Part shown: in pieces, positions 27,635-37,736 of the stretch
How the letters are laid out: the number at the start of each line of letters is the position of its first letter
Numbering within the stretch: the stretch's first letter is position 1
Program-made: the position numbers and the translations under genes
Notes under the pieces: generated by a model
Told to the model about the DNA's origin: nothing
The model's database searches: none
Seen by the model: the letters and a program-made list of their open reading frames with translations, nothing else
NCBI GenBank assembly: GCA_965204375.1
Contig: OZ241986.1
Location: 4,960,001-5,024,000 of the forward strand
Reading direction: 5' to 3'
DNA from: Candidatus Latescibacterota bacterium
GTDB taxonomy: Bacteria; Latescibacterota; UBA2968
Length of the DNA: 64,000 bases

Positions 27635-28114
27635 ATGCGTTACATCTTCATGAGCATTGTGGCATTTGGCACATGGCTGCTCTGGTCTGGACATTATACG
27701 CTTGAACACACGCTCGTCCTTGCCATGGGTATATTGTCATGTGCTTTTGTCGTTTATCTGTCCGGTCGTCTATCTATTGTAGATGAAGAAGGGTATTCAA
27801 TTCATCTGATCTGGAGCCTCGCTTTGTATATTCCCTGGTTAATCTGGGCCATTATCAAAGCGAATATCGACGTGGCAAAACGCATTTTGAATCCCAGATT
27901 GCCCATTGCCCCGCGCATAGTACGCGTAACGGGAACGCAAAAAACCGATCTCTGTCGCGTCATATTTGCCAATTCAATAACTCTGACCCCCGGCACCGTA
28001 TCACTTGAACTGGACGAAGAAGATATTGTGGTACATGCCCTGACAAAAGAAGCCGCTGACGATGTACAGAGCGGCAATATGGACCGCCGCGTGACGATGG
28101 CACTGGAGCAATGA
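27635..28114 (+). CDS. mrpE: Mrp Na+/H+ antiporter subunit E
   Basis: ANSITLTPGT motif. Confidence 0.92.
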   Translation: MRYIFMSIVAFGTWLLWSGHYTLEHTLVLAMGILSCAFVVYLSGRLSIVDEEGYSIHLIWSLALYIPWLIWAIIKANIDVAKRILNPRLPIAPRIVRVTGTQKTDLCRVIFANSITLTPGTVSLELDEEDIVVHALTKEAADDVQSGNMDRRVTMALEQ

Positions 28115-28115
28115 G

Positions 28116-28385
28116 ATGTTTATTGCGGCAATGATCGGCATATTGGTCACCATGGCACTGGCACTTTGCCGCGCCCTATTGGGGCCAACTGTGTATGATC
28201 GCATCCTATCGGTAAATATGTTTGGCACCAAAACCGTATTATTTATTGCCGTACTCGGATTTTTAACTGACCGACCCGATTTTCTGGACCTCGCCCTTAT
28301 TTATGTATTGATCAACTTTATCGGCACATTGGCCGTTCTAAAATTTGTGACCTATGGCGACTTAGGTGCGGAGCCAGAAGAATAA
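28116..28385 (+). CDS. mrpF: Mrp subunit F
   Basis: GPT..DR motif, three TM helices. Confidence 0.9.
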   Translation: MFIAAMIGILVTMALALCRALLGPTVYDRILSVNMFGTKTVLFIAVLGFLTDRPDFLDLALIYVLINFIGTLAVLKFVTYGDLGAEPEE

Positions 28386-28402
28386 AAAAGGACCCAAACA
28401 CC

Positions 28403-28735
28403 ATGATCATTGTCGATATATTGAGCTGGATTTGTCTTATCCTGGGAAGTATTCTGTGCATAATTGGCGGCCTGGGGCTGTTGCGCTTGCCCGATTTTTA
28501 CAGCCGCATGCACGGCGGTGGTATTACCGACACACTGGGGGCGAGCCTCGTCTTGCTGGGACTGATGTTTCAGGGCGGTTTGACGACAATCACAGTAAAA
28601 CTGGTGATGATCCTGGTGATATTGCTCCTCACCAGCCCCACATCGACCCACGCGGTAGGCAAAGCGGCATTGTCGTCGGGTCTCAAGCCTTTTTTAAGCG
28701 ATCCCGAAAACGAAGGAAAAAATGAGCATGACTGA
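28403..28735 (+). CDS. mrpG: Mrp subunit G
   Basis: GLLRLPDFYSRMH, TSP...HA. Confidence 0.92.
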   Translation: MIIVDILSWICLILGSILCIIGGLGLLRLPDFYSRMHGGGITDTLGASLVLLGLMFQGGLTTITVKLVMILVILLLTSPTSTHAVGKAALSSGLKPFLSDPENEGKNEHD

Positions 28736-29267
28736 AATTCTGGACATCGCCCTGCTGTCTTTTATGATAGTACTCGCGATTGCGGTCTCCCGAATGCACA
28801 ATTTGTTTATGGCCGCAATGATGATGGGTATTTTCAGCTTCCTATCGGCTGTCGTATTTACATTGCTCGACGCCGTCGATGTCGCATTTACCGAAGCGGC
28901 TGTCGGAGCCGGCGTATCAACCGTGCTCCTTCTGGGCACCCTATCATTGACGACGCGCGAAGAAAAAACTGCCAAAAAAAACAATGCATTGGCACTGCTC
29001 GTCGTGCTCGTTACAGGTAGCGCGCTTATTTACGGCACACTGGATATGCCGAATTACGGCGACCCCAATGCACCCGTTCACCAGCACGTTGCCGATCGCT
29101 ATATTGAAAAATCGGGAGAAGAAATGGGCATACCCAATATTGTAACATCGGTATTGGCGAGCTATCGCGGATACGATACCCTGGGTGAAGTAACGGTGAT
29201 TTTTACGGCTGGTATCGGTGTAATATTGCTCATGGGACATATCTGGCGCAAGGAGGACAAACCGTGA
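28722..29267 (+). CDS. Mrp subunit B-related protein (DUF4040 / MrpA C-terminal-like)
   Basis: DVAFTEAAVGAG, NIVTSVLASYRGYDTLGE. Confidence 0.85.
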   Translation: MSMTEILDIALLSFMIVLAIAVSRMHNLFMAAMMMGIFSFLSAVVFTLLDAVDVAFTEAAVGAGVSTVLLLGTLSLTTREEKTAKKNNALALLVVLVTGSALIYGTLDMPNYGDPNAPVHQHVADRYIEKSGEEMGIPNIVTSVLASYRGYDTLGEVTVIFTAGIGVILLMGHIWRKEDKP

Positions 29268-29689
29268 AACATGAGAGTATTCCCCGCGTAGTGGGCAAAT
29301 GGTTAATTCCTCCGATACTGTTATTCGCGCTCTACGTGCAATTTCACGGCGATTTCGGGCCTGGAGGCGGGTTTCAAGCCGGTGTGATTTTTGCCGCAGC
29401 AGTGGTGCTGTACACGCTAATTTTTGGCCTGCAAGCCGCAAAACAAATTGTGAAACCCCGGGTCATTGAAATACTCGTCGCGCTCGGCGTCTTGCTTTAT
29501 GCGGGCACGGGATTGGTCTCCCTATTTCTCGGTTACAATTTCCTGGATTATAGTGCTCTGGATCCGCAAAATACACCACACGGACAACATCTGGGCATCT
29601 TTCTGGTCGAACTCGGCGTGGGTATTACCGTGGCGGCGGTTATGATAGCCATCTTTTTTGCTTTTGCAGGTCGGAGGCGATTGCGATGA
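29264..29689 (+). CDS. mrpB: Mrp subunit B
   Basis: HG..GPGGGFQAG. Confidence 0.9.
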   Translation: MKHESIPRVVGKWLIPPILLFALYVQFHGDFGPGGGFQAGVIFAAAVVLYTLIFGLQAAKQIVKPRVIEILVALGVLLYAGTGLVSLFLGYNFLDYSALDPQNTPHGQHLGIFLVELGVGITVAAVMIAIFFAFAGRRRLR

Positions 29690-30042
29690 TCTCCGTCGGA
29701 TTATTCAACTACTGGGCCTGTATGGTCTTGATGATGATTGGATTGTACACCGCAATTGCGCGCCCCAATCTCGTCAAAAAATTGATTGGCCTGAGCATCT
29801 TTCAGGTCTCGGTCTTCTTGCTCTATATCACCGTGGGAAAGGTCAGCGGTGGTACTGCGCCAATATTGGGTGAAGGGATTGAAGCATATTCCAACCCATT
29901 GCCCCATGTGCTCATCCTGACGGCAATTGTCGTGGGCATCGCAACGCTCTCCCTGGGGTTGGCACTCGTCGTGCGAATTGGAGAAGCTTATGATACAATT
30001 GAGGAAGATGAAATTATAGAACGGGACCTCGTGAATGATTGA
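29686..30042 (+). CDS. mrpC: Mrp subunit C
   Basis: NPLPHVLILTAIVV. Confidence 0.92.
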   Translation: MISVGLFNYWACMVLMMIGLYTAIARPNLVKKLIGLSIFQVSVFLLYITVGKVSGGTAPILGEGIEAYSNPLPHVLILTAIVVGIATLSLGLALVVRIGEAYDTIEEDEIIERDLVND

Positions 30043-31513
30043 TATGCATCTGCCCATATTGTTGATCGTTGTACCCCTCGTGTCAGCCCCCTTATGTGTG
30101 TTATTGCGGCAAAAAACGCTGGTGTGGGCTTTTGCATCTCTCGTGTGTGTCGCCTCTTTGGGCATGGCATCTATGCTGCTCATGCGCGTGCTCGAAGAAG
30201 GCGTGATCTCCTATGCAATAGGCGGATGGATTGCCCCCTGGGGCATTGAATACCGCGTCGATACAATCAATGCTTATGTGCTGCTGCTGGTTTCGATCAT
30301 CGCCGCCGTGCTGACGTTTTTTGCACTGCCGAGCGTGGTAGATGAAGTCGCCGGTAAGCAGCATTATTTATTTTACACAGCTTATTTGCTGTGCCTCACC
30401 GGATTGATGGGCATCGCGATCACAGGCGATGCGTTTAACGTCTTTGTATTTTTGGAAATATCATCGCTATCGTCCTATACTCTCATCGCCATGGGACGCG
30501 ATCGGCGCGCACTGACCGCGTCTTATCAATACCTCCTCATGGGCACACTGGGAGCCACGTTTATTGTCATTGGCATCGGACTGATGTACATGATGACCGG
30601 CACCCTGAATATGTTTGATCTATCCCAGCGCTTGCCCGCGATGTTTGAAACGCGCACCGCAATGGTCGCATTCGCCTTCTTGACCGTGGGCATGTTGATC
30701 AAGCTGGCGATGTTCCCGATGCACATGTGGTTGCCCAATGCCTATTGTTACGCGCCTTCTTTAGTCACGGCTTTTTTGGCTGCAACAGCGACAAAAGTAT
30801 CCATCTACGTATTTCTGAGATTCACATTTACCGTATGGGGTGCCGAATTTGTATTTGAAAAACTCAACCTCGACATCTTTTTGATCCCCCTATCTCTCAT
30901 CGGAATCTATATCGCGTCCCTATCCGCCATTTACCAGACCAATATAAAGCGGTTATTGGCCTATTCCAGCGTGGCACAAATCGGGTATATGATGCTGGGC
31001 ATCGGCTTTGTTTCCGTAACTGGATTGACCGGCGGGATTGTTCACCTGTTTAACCACGCCCTGATGAAAGCCGCCCTATTTTTGGCCGTGGGCTGCGCGG
31101 TGTTGCGCCTCGGATCATCTGACCTCGCCGACTGGAAAGGACTTGGGCGACGCATGCCCGTAACAATGGCGGCTTTTGTACTGGCGGGTTTGAGCTTGAT
31201 TGGCGTGCCGTTAACCGTGGGCTTTATCAGCAAGTGGTATTTAATTCTGGCCGCGCTGGAAGCGGGATGGTGGCCCGTAGCGCTGCTGGCCCTGCTCAGT
31301 TCCCTGCTCGCCGTAGTATATGTGTGGCGCGTCGTTGAAGTGGCCTACTTTCAGAAAGCCGATGATGACGCCAATGTAAAAGAAGCGCCGTTAATGATGC
31401 AGATCTCCATGTGGATTTTGACAGGAGCGACAGTGTATTTTGGTATTCAAACGGACTTGACCGTCAACGTAGCACAACGCGCCGCCGAATTATTGATAGG
31501 GGTAATGCCGTGA
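30035..31513 (+). CDS. mrpD: Mrp subunit D family (antiporter-like)
   Basis: FVFLEI, K.AMFP.H.WLP.AY, KRLLAYSS. Confidence 0.88.
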   Translation: MIDMHLPILLIVVPLVSAPLCVLLRQKTLVWAFASLVCVASLGMASMLLMRVLEEGVISYAIGGWIAPWGIEYRVDTINAYVLLLVSIIAAVLTFFALPSVVDEVAGKQHYLFYTAYLLCLTGLMGIAITGDAFNVFVFLEISSLSSYTLIAMGRDRRALTASYQYLLMGTLGATFIVIGIGLMYMMTGTLNMFDLSQRLPAMFETRTAMVAFAFLTVGMLIKLAMFPMHMWLPNAYCYAPSLVTAFLAATATKVSIYVFLRFTFTVWGAEFVFEKLNLDIFLIPLSLIGIYIASLSAIYQTNIKRLLAYSSVAQIGYMMLGIGFVSVTGLTGGIVHLFNHALMKAALFLAVGCAVLRLGSSDLADWKGLGRRMPVTMAAFVLAGLSLIGVPLTVGFISKWYLILAALEAGWWPVALLALLSSLLAVVYVWRVVEVAYFQKADDDANVKEAPLMMQISMWILTGATVYFGIQTDLTVNVAQRAAELLIGVMP

Positions 31514-32979
31514 GTGGATCAACCGCCATACTCGTATCCATCGCGTTACCGCTTCTGGGCATGCCGTTTATTGCACTGACCTCGCGCAGCCCCAATGTGC
31601 GTGAAGCCATCGGATTGATTGCGGCTGTATTGACCTTTGGCACTGTTATTTCACTTTTGCCTTCGGTGATGGACGGCGCACTGCCTGCCGCGCATATAAT
31701 AGACGTAATGCCGGGCCTATCACTGGCATTTCAGGTAGAGCCATTGGGCATGATATTTGCCCTCATCGCGTCGGGTTTGTGGATTGTCACTACAGTCTAT
31801 GCCATCGGGTACATGCGCGGGCATCACGAAGAAAATCAGACGCGGTTTTTTGTGTTCTTCGCATTTGCGATCTCGGCTGCTCTGGGCGTGGCTTTTGCCC
31901 GCAACATGTTTACCCTGTTCATTTTTTACGAGATATTGACCCTATCGACATATCCGCTTGTAACGCACCACCGCAGCGAAGATGCCATGCGCGCCGGGCG
32001 AATTTACATGGGCATCTTGATGAGTACTTCCGTGGGATTCTTGTTGCTGGGCATGGTATGGACCTGGCAGTTGACCGGCACGCTGGAATTTGCGCCGGGC
32101 GGTATTCTAACCGGCAAAGCGAGCGAAGGTATTGTAATCGTCCTCCTCGGTCTCTATGCCTTTGGAACCGGCAAAGCGGCGTTGATGCCATTCCACCGAT
32201 GGTTGCCCGCGGCAATGGTCGCACCCACGCCTGTCAGCGCATTGCTACATGCAGTAGCCGTGGTAAAAGCCGGCGTATTTACGATAATGAAAGTGGTGAT
32301 CTACCTCTTTGGCACAGACCTGCTTTCGAATGCGGGTCTTAGCGAATGGCTGACCTATATCGCTGGCTTCACCATACTGGTGGGATCGCTGGTAGCGATG
32401 ACAAAGGACAACTTGAAAGCACGTCTGGCGTATTCCACAATCAGCCAGTTATCCTACATCGTGCTGGGAGCGTCGCTGGCAAATGATCTGGGTGTGCTGG
32501 GCGGCAGCATGCACATCGTAACGCACGCCTTTGGCAAAATCACCCTGTTCTTCTGTGCCGGAGCCATCCTGGTCGCTTTGCACAAAACAGAAATCAGCGA
32601 CATGAAAGGCATTGGACGGCAGATGCCCTTTACGATGTTCGCCTTTTTGATCGGCTCTCTGAGCATTATCGGAATTCCGCCTTTTGCGGGTGCGTGGAGC
32701 AAGTGGTATCTGGTTATGGCTTCTATTGAAGCCCATCGCTATGTGGCCGCGGGCGTATTGCTCATCAGTTCCCTACTCAATGTCCTCTATTTATTGCCAA
32801 TTCCCATCTATGCATTTTTTGCGTCTGCAACCAATGACCATCACACAGACGGTCTGCACGAAGCACCGCTTGCGTGCGTACTCCCCTTATCATTTACAGC
32901 CGTCGGCTGCCTGGTACTCTATATCTATCCCGAACCTATCCTGAACTTGTTGCTCATGATCGGAGGGGCCATGCCATGA
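31510..32979 (+). CDS. Second MrpD/MrpA-like antiporter subunit
   Basis: FYEIL, H.WLP.AM.APTPVSALLHA. GTG start at 31510. Confidence 0.88.
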   Translation: MSGSTAILVSIALPLLGMPFIALTSRSPNVREAIGLIAAVLTFGTVISLLPSVMDGALPAAHIIDVMPGLSLAFQVEPLGMIFALIASGLWIVTTVYAIGYMRGHHEENQTRFFVFFAFAISAALGVAFARNMFTLFIFYEILTLSTYPLVTHHRSEDAMRAGRIYMGILMSTSVGFLLLGMVWTWQLTGTLEFAPGGILTGKASEGIVIVLLGLYAFGTGKAALMPFHRWLPAAMVAPTPVSALLHAVAVVKAGVFTIMKVVIYLFGTDLLSNAGLSEWLTYIAGFTILVGSLVAMTKDNLKARLAYSTISQLSYIVLGASLANDLGVLGGSMHIVTHAFGKITLFFCAGAILVALHKTEISDMKGIGRQMPFTMFAFLIGSLSIIGIPPFAGAWSKWYLVMASIEAHRYVAAGVLLISSLLNVLYLLPIPIYAFFASATNDHHTDGLHEAPLACVLPLSFTAVGCLVLYIYPEPILNLLLMIGGAMP

Positions 32980-33254
32980 ACCATTCCGAATCCCCAAAAC
33001 AGAATGAACGCTTGTTGGACCACCTCGGCGCCGTGCGCTGGTTGATCTTGGGCTTCTTCGTGTGGTGTGCGTTGTTGGTCCTGACCGACCTCATCGTGCA
33101 TCGGCACTTGACTTTTGCCGAAGGCGAATTGCCAATTGAAGGCCGATTTGGATTTTACGCCATTTACGGATTTGTCGCTTATTTGATGATTGTCTGGGGC
33201 TCCATACTCTTGAGAAAAGTGCTGTTACGGTCGGAGGACTATTACGATGAGTGA
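32976..33254 (+). CDS. Small 2-TM protein within the mrp operon
   Basis: ATG overlaps the upstream stop; GFYAIYGF...LRKVL.R.EDYY. Confidence 0.75.
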   Translation: MNHSESPKQNERLLDHLGAVRWLILGFFVWCALLVLTDLIVHRHLTFAEGELPIEGRFGFYAIYGFVAYLMIVWGSILLRKVLLRSEDYYDE

Positions 33255-34998
33255 GGTTCATCCCGCACTGATCCTGCTGGCGGGCGGCCTGCTTTTATTT
33301 TGCCTGCCAACCACACCGCGCCGCATCGTGTCGGTATGCTTGCCAGTGCTCGGATTTTTAAACCTGCTGACCATTTCCGATGGCACCTTGTGGCACATCA
33401 CCTGGGGCGGCTACGAACTGACCGTACTGCGTGCGGACCGCTTGAGCATGCTATTTGGATATCTGTTCCATCTGGCGGCTTTTATCGGCGCAATTTACGC
33501 GCTACATCTCAAAGACCGGTTGCAGATCGGCACGGCATTGATCTACGCGGGATCGGCAGTTGGGGCGGTATTTGCCGGCGATCTGATCACCCTATTCATC
33601 TTCTGGGAACTCCTGGCGATCACATCGGTATTCCTCGTGTGGGCGCGCGGCGGTGAGCGCGCACTGCGGTCGGGAATGCGCTATCTGGTCATGCACATCT
33701 CGTCGGGCTTGCTACTCCTGCTCGGCGCGGTATTCTACTATTTGAACACAAAATCTCTTGCCTTTGATCACATCGGACTAAATGAGGGACATCACTACCT
33801 GATATTTTTAGCCTTTGGAATCAAATGTGCCTTTCCCCTCCTCCACAACTGGCTGATTGACGCCTATCCAGAATCCACGCCCGTAGGCACGGTATTTTTG
33901 AGTGCCTTTACAACCAAAGCCGCTGTATATGCCCTCGCGCGCGGATTTGCTGGAGAAGACCTGCTCATCTACATCGGCACCATCATGACCATCTTTCCGA
34001 TATTCTACGCAGCCATCGAAAACGATATGCGCCGCGTATTGAGCTACAGCATGATCAACCAGATCGGATTTATGGTCGCGGGCATTGGCATCGGAGGCGC
34101 ACTGGGCATTAACGGCGCAGTATCGCATGCATTCAATGACGTGCTATTCAAAGGACTGCTATTCATGTCCATGGGCGCTGTCTTATTTTCCACCGGGCGT
34201 ATCAATGCCTCAGAACTGGGTGGCCTTTACAAGTCCATGCCCTGGACCTGTGCCTGCTGTATTGTAGGCGCAGCATCCATATCCGCAATTCCCCTGTTCA
34301 ACGCGTTTATCAGCAAATCCATGGTCATGCAGGGCGTCGCGGACAGTGGCGCTGTGACAATCTGGCTGGTGCTCTTATTTGCATCGGCGGGCGTGCTTCA
34401 CCACGCAGGCGTCAAAATTCCATTTTTTTCATTTTTTGCGCACGACGCCGGGATTCGCTGTCGCGAAGCACCCCTCAACATGCGGATCGCCATGACGATT
34501 TCTGCCATACTCTGTATCGTCATAGGCGCCTATCCACCGCTGCTCTACAACCTGTTGCCGCATCCCGTAGATTACGTGCCCTATACCACGACCCACGTCG
34601 TGCTCCAACTTCAACTGGTCTTCTTCGCAGTGCTGGCATTTGCGGTACTGATGTTGACGAGTGAAATCGACATATATCTGGAAGCGCAGAAGAAGCGAGG
34701 TATTGTCGGGATACTCCTATTAATAGGCAAGCACCCTCCCGAATTGCCCGGTGTAAATCTCGACTTCGACTGGATTTATCGACGCGCTTTACCCAAAGGT
34801 ATTCGCGCCATAGTCCGCACAGGCGGGCTGGTCGTGAATCGTTTTTTTGCGGAAGCAAAGGCGTTGATTCAAAAACTCATTGCGGGTATTCAGGCGCAAC
34901 ACAATAATAGGGGATTGTTTGGCCGCTCGTGGCTATCGCAAAGCAATGTGCTCATCGCAATTATTTTTCTTGCAATTTATCTGATTTATTATTTTTAG
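33247..34998 (+). CDS. Third MrpD-like antiporter subunit
   Basis: FWELLA, H.WL.DAYPE, FLSAFTTK. Confidence 0.87.
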   Translation: MSEVHPALILLAGGLLLFCLPTTPRRIVSVCLPVLGFLNLLTISDGTLWHITWGGYELTVLRADRLSMLFGYLFHLAAFIGAIYALHLKDRLQIGTALIYAGSAVGAVFAGDLITLFIFWELLAITSVFLVWARGGERALRSGMRYLVMHISSGLLLLLGAVFYYLNTKSLAFDHIGLNEGHHYLIFLAFGIKCAFPLLHNWLIDAYPESTPVGTVFLSAFTTKAAVYALARGFAGEDLLIYIGTIMTIFPIFYAAIENDMRRVLSYSMINQIGFMVAGIGIGGALGINGAVSHAFNDVLFKGLLFMSMGAVLFSTGRINASELGGLYKSMPWTCACCIVGAASISAIPLFNAFISKSMVMQGVADSGAVTIWLVLLFASAGVLHHAGVKIPFFSFFAHDAGIRCREAPLNMRIAMTISAILCIVIGAYPPLLYNLLPHPVDYVPYTTTHVVLQLQLVFFAVLAFAVLMLTSEIDIYLEAQKKRGIVGILLLIGKHPPELPGVNLDFDWIYRRALPKGIRAIVRTGGLVVNRFFAEAKALIQKLIAGIQAQHNNRGLFGRSWLSQSNVLIAIIFLAIYLIYYF

Positions 34999-35219
34999 AA
35001 GCCGTTTACATGTTTGAAACATTGGACTTATTTTTGGTTTTTATTTTACTTTTTTTTATGTTTAAGAAATCCCAATGAAACATCACTCTCATATATTATA
35101 GAAAGGAGAAAAGGAAAACTAAAAGTGTCAAAATCCAAAATATGGTCTGTGTGTACGCCACAAAGTTTTGCATACAGGTCATAATGCATCACTGTGTATA
35201 AACTCATCAGGAGGGACTT

Positions 35220-35963
35220 ATGAAGAAATTATGTGGCATTTTGCTTGCAGGAATTTTTCTAATCGCCCCTGCAAATGCTCAGATGTCGGTCGGTATTACT
35301 CTGGATAGCTATACGGGATATATTTGGCGTGGTTACGTGCTCGGAGCCGATGACAAAATCGTGGCCCAGCCGGGTATTGAGGTGGGATTCGGTGAAACGG
35401 GTTTGTCTTTAGGCGCGTGGGGATCGTGGTTTGTGCAGGACCGCGTTGATGACAGAAATCCCGATGCCCAAACCCAAAATGTCGATGAACTCGACTTTTA
35501 TGCCGACTATTCGAGGACCTTGAGCGACGACCTGGGCCTGGGCATTTCCATCGGTTATATTCAATATGTATTTCCCAGTGCGTCTGAAGACGCAAACCAC
35601 TCAGAAGAAGCTTATATTGGGCTATCTCTGGACAACGCCATATCACCTGCAGTGACATTTTATTACGACTTTGGTCTGGTCGAGGCCTGGTATGTGTCTT
35701 TGTCGGGAGGCTATGACATTCCGCTCGGCTCAGAAGATGGGCAAGTATTGAGTATCGGTGCAAGTGTTGCAATGAGCAATTACGTAGATGAAACAGGTGA
35801 AAATAAAACGGGTTTTAACGATCTCACAGTTACAGCTTCTCTCAGTTGTAATGCGTGCGCAATTTCGATAGCGCCAACCATTGGATTTTCTTATGCCGAC
35901 ACAAAAATCAACCCCGACAACCGCACTATTTGGGGAGGCGTGAACATCGGCTTTTCGCGGTAA
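35220..35963 (+). CDS. Putative outer-membrane beta-barrel (TIGR02001/TorF-like)
   Basis: Signal peptide (ANA/Q), YIWRG, ELD.Y..Y, alternating C-terminal strand ending in an aromatic residue. Confidence 0.65.
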   Translation: MKKLCGILLAGIFLIAPANAQMSVGITLDSYTGYIWRGYVLGADDKIVAQPGIEVGFGETGLSLGAWGSWFVQDRVDDRNPDAQTQNVDELDFYADYSRTLSDDLGLGISIGYIQYVFPSASEDANHSEEAYIGLSLDNAISPAVTFYYDFGLVEAWYVSLSGGYDIPLGSEDGQVLSIGASVAMSNYVDETGENKTGFNDLTVTASLSCNACAISIAPTIGFSYADTKINPDNRTIWGGVNIGFSR

Positions 35964-36039
35964 GTTATTCAATTCTCGATCCGGGTCGGCATTTCTGGTT
36001 TGCTTCGTGGCGTGGTTAATCAGATGCGACCAGGCGAGG

Positions 36040-36073
36040 AGGGGAGACCTTTTGAGGTCTCCCCTTTATTTTT
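36040..36073 (+). terminator. Intrinsic terminator
   Basis: AGGGGAGACCT-TTTG-AGGTCTCCCCT followed by TTATTTTT. Confidence 0.75.
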
Positions 36074-36087
36074 GGGGATACAAACAA

Positions 36088-37383
36088 ATGCAAATTGTCG
36101 AAACAGATTTAGAAATTCAGCGCGAGCCATTCGCACGGCCCTTTGCGTTTAAGGGATCGGCTTTTCACGAAAAGTGGAATCTCGTCGTGCGTTTGAAAGA
36201 TGCCGATGGGTATGAGGCTTTTGGGATAGGTGGTTTGGCCGTACTGTGGTCAGATGCTACCGTATTTGCTGCACATACGGAAATGGGCGGCAATTTGCTC
36301 CAGGCGTCTCTCCTGGAATTTGCACTACAGCACATCAAGGGGAGAGAATTTGCCGATCCAATCGCATTGTTCGACACCATTGAAAACGAAGTCTTTTCTT
36401 ATGCCAAAGCGATTACCGGCCAGGGGGATTTGCGCCGAACATTTGCGCTAATTGCACTGGTAGCACTGGACAACGCCGCATGGGTCTTGTATGCAAAGCG
36501 GAGGGGATTGACGACCTTCGACGCCTTAATCCCGGAAAAATTTCGCCCATTTTTATCCCATCGCCAATCGCATGTCGCGCTCGTACCCGCAGTGAGTTAT
36601 ACCCTGCCCATAGATGAATTGCGGGCAATTTTAGATAGCGGAGCGTACATACTAAAAATCAAAATTGGGCATCCGGGAGATGAAACCGAAATGGTAAAAA
36701 CAGACATGGCCTGTCTGTCGCAGATTCACAGTCTGGCATCTCAGTACGAAACGGAGATGACCGATTCGGGCCAGGTGCTCTATTATCTCGATGCCAATGG
36801 TCGTTATGGCGAAAAAAACAGCATGTCGCGCTTATTAGATCATGCGGACAATGAAGGTATTCTGGATCGCATTGTCCTGATTGAAGAACCCTTTTCGCGC
36901 CCAGCAGATATCGATGTACACGGCTTGCCTGCCCGTTTTGCAGGGGATGAAAGCATCGAAACCGTTGCGGATGTACACACCCGGTTGGAGCAGGGATATG
37001 GCGCTATGGCGATCAAACCCGCGGGTAAAACCCTCTCATTGGCTTTTCGCATGATCGAAGCAGTAAATAGTGTACCGTGTTTTGTGGCGGATAATGCGTG
37101 TGTACCCGTACTGGTGGAATGGAACAAAAATGTGGCCGCGCGATTGCCCGCATTTCCCGGTGTGAAAGGGGGACTGATGGAATCCAATGGCCCGGAAAAT
37201 TACGGGACATGGGATCACATGCTCTCGGAATATCCCATGCCCAATGCATCGTGGTTGCGACCCAGAGGTGGTGCTTATGTGTTGGATGAGAACTACTACC
37301 ATCAAAGCGGAGGGATTTTTGAAGAACCGACCGCGTACACGCGATTATTTAAAAATAGAACCACATTGGGCTGTGGTAAATAA
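36088..37383 (+). CDS. Enolase superfamily (mandelate racemase / Ala-Glu epimerase-like) protein
   Basis: KIKIG (KxK), DANG, EEP and DES metal ligands. Confidence 0.82.
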   Translation: MQIVETDLEIQREPFARPFAFKGSAFHEKWNLVVRLKDADGYEAFGIGGLAVLWSDATVFAAHTEMGGNLLQASLLEFALQHIKGREFADPIALFDTIENEVFSYAKAITGQGDLRRTFALIALVALDNAAWVLYAKRRGLTTFDALIPEKFRPFLSHRQSHVALVPAVSYTLPIDELRAILDSGAYILKIKIGHPGDETEMVKTDMACLSQIHSLASQYETEMTDSGQVLYYLDANGRYGEKNSMSRLLDHADNEGILDRIVLIEEPFSRPADIDVHGLPARFAGDESIETVADVHTRLEQGYGAMAIKPAGKTLSLAFRMIEAVNSVPCFVADNACVPVLVEWNKNVAARLPAFPGVKGGLMESNGPENYGTWDHMLSEYPMPNASWLRPRGGAYVLDENYYHQSGGIFEEPTAYTRLFKNRTTLGCGK

Positions 37384-37433
37384 TGATGTGATACACAATA
37401 TCTGGCGCATACTTGATAAAAAAAAAAGTAATC

Positions 37434-37716
37434 TTGACTTAATAAAAACAATGGCTTATTTTAATGCCGTCTTTGTGGTAAAACCCATCAATCCCCCCGA
37501 GACAAGCAGGTGACTCCGATTCCCCATCGGATATTCTCAGTCATCTTTGAATAGCTTATCTGTACTCCCCGATCCAATTCTATTTACCATACAAGAGAAC
37601 TCGCTATTTTGGTTTTGACAAGATAAAAACCCGGGGGCGAGTTGACTCAATGCAGCCGGATTCCCGCGGAATCATCTCTCCCAGGCTGTGTGAGTCGTTT
37701 GCCCCCGGGCTGATTT
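37434..37716 (+). ncRNA. Promoter plus ~250-nt ncRNA candidate with several UCCC loops
   Basis: TTGACT-N17-TATTTT (37434-37462). No ORF in the track. Hairpins with C-rich loops; 80-nt terminal hairpin 37630-37709 with G-U pairs on the + strand. Confidence 0.5.
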
Positions 37717-37736
37717 TAAGCGGTTTCTAAATTTTT

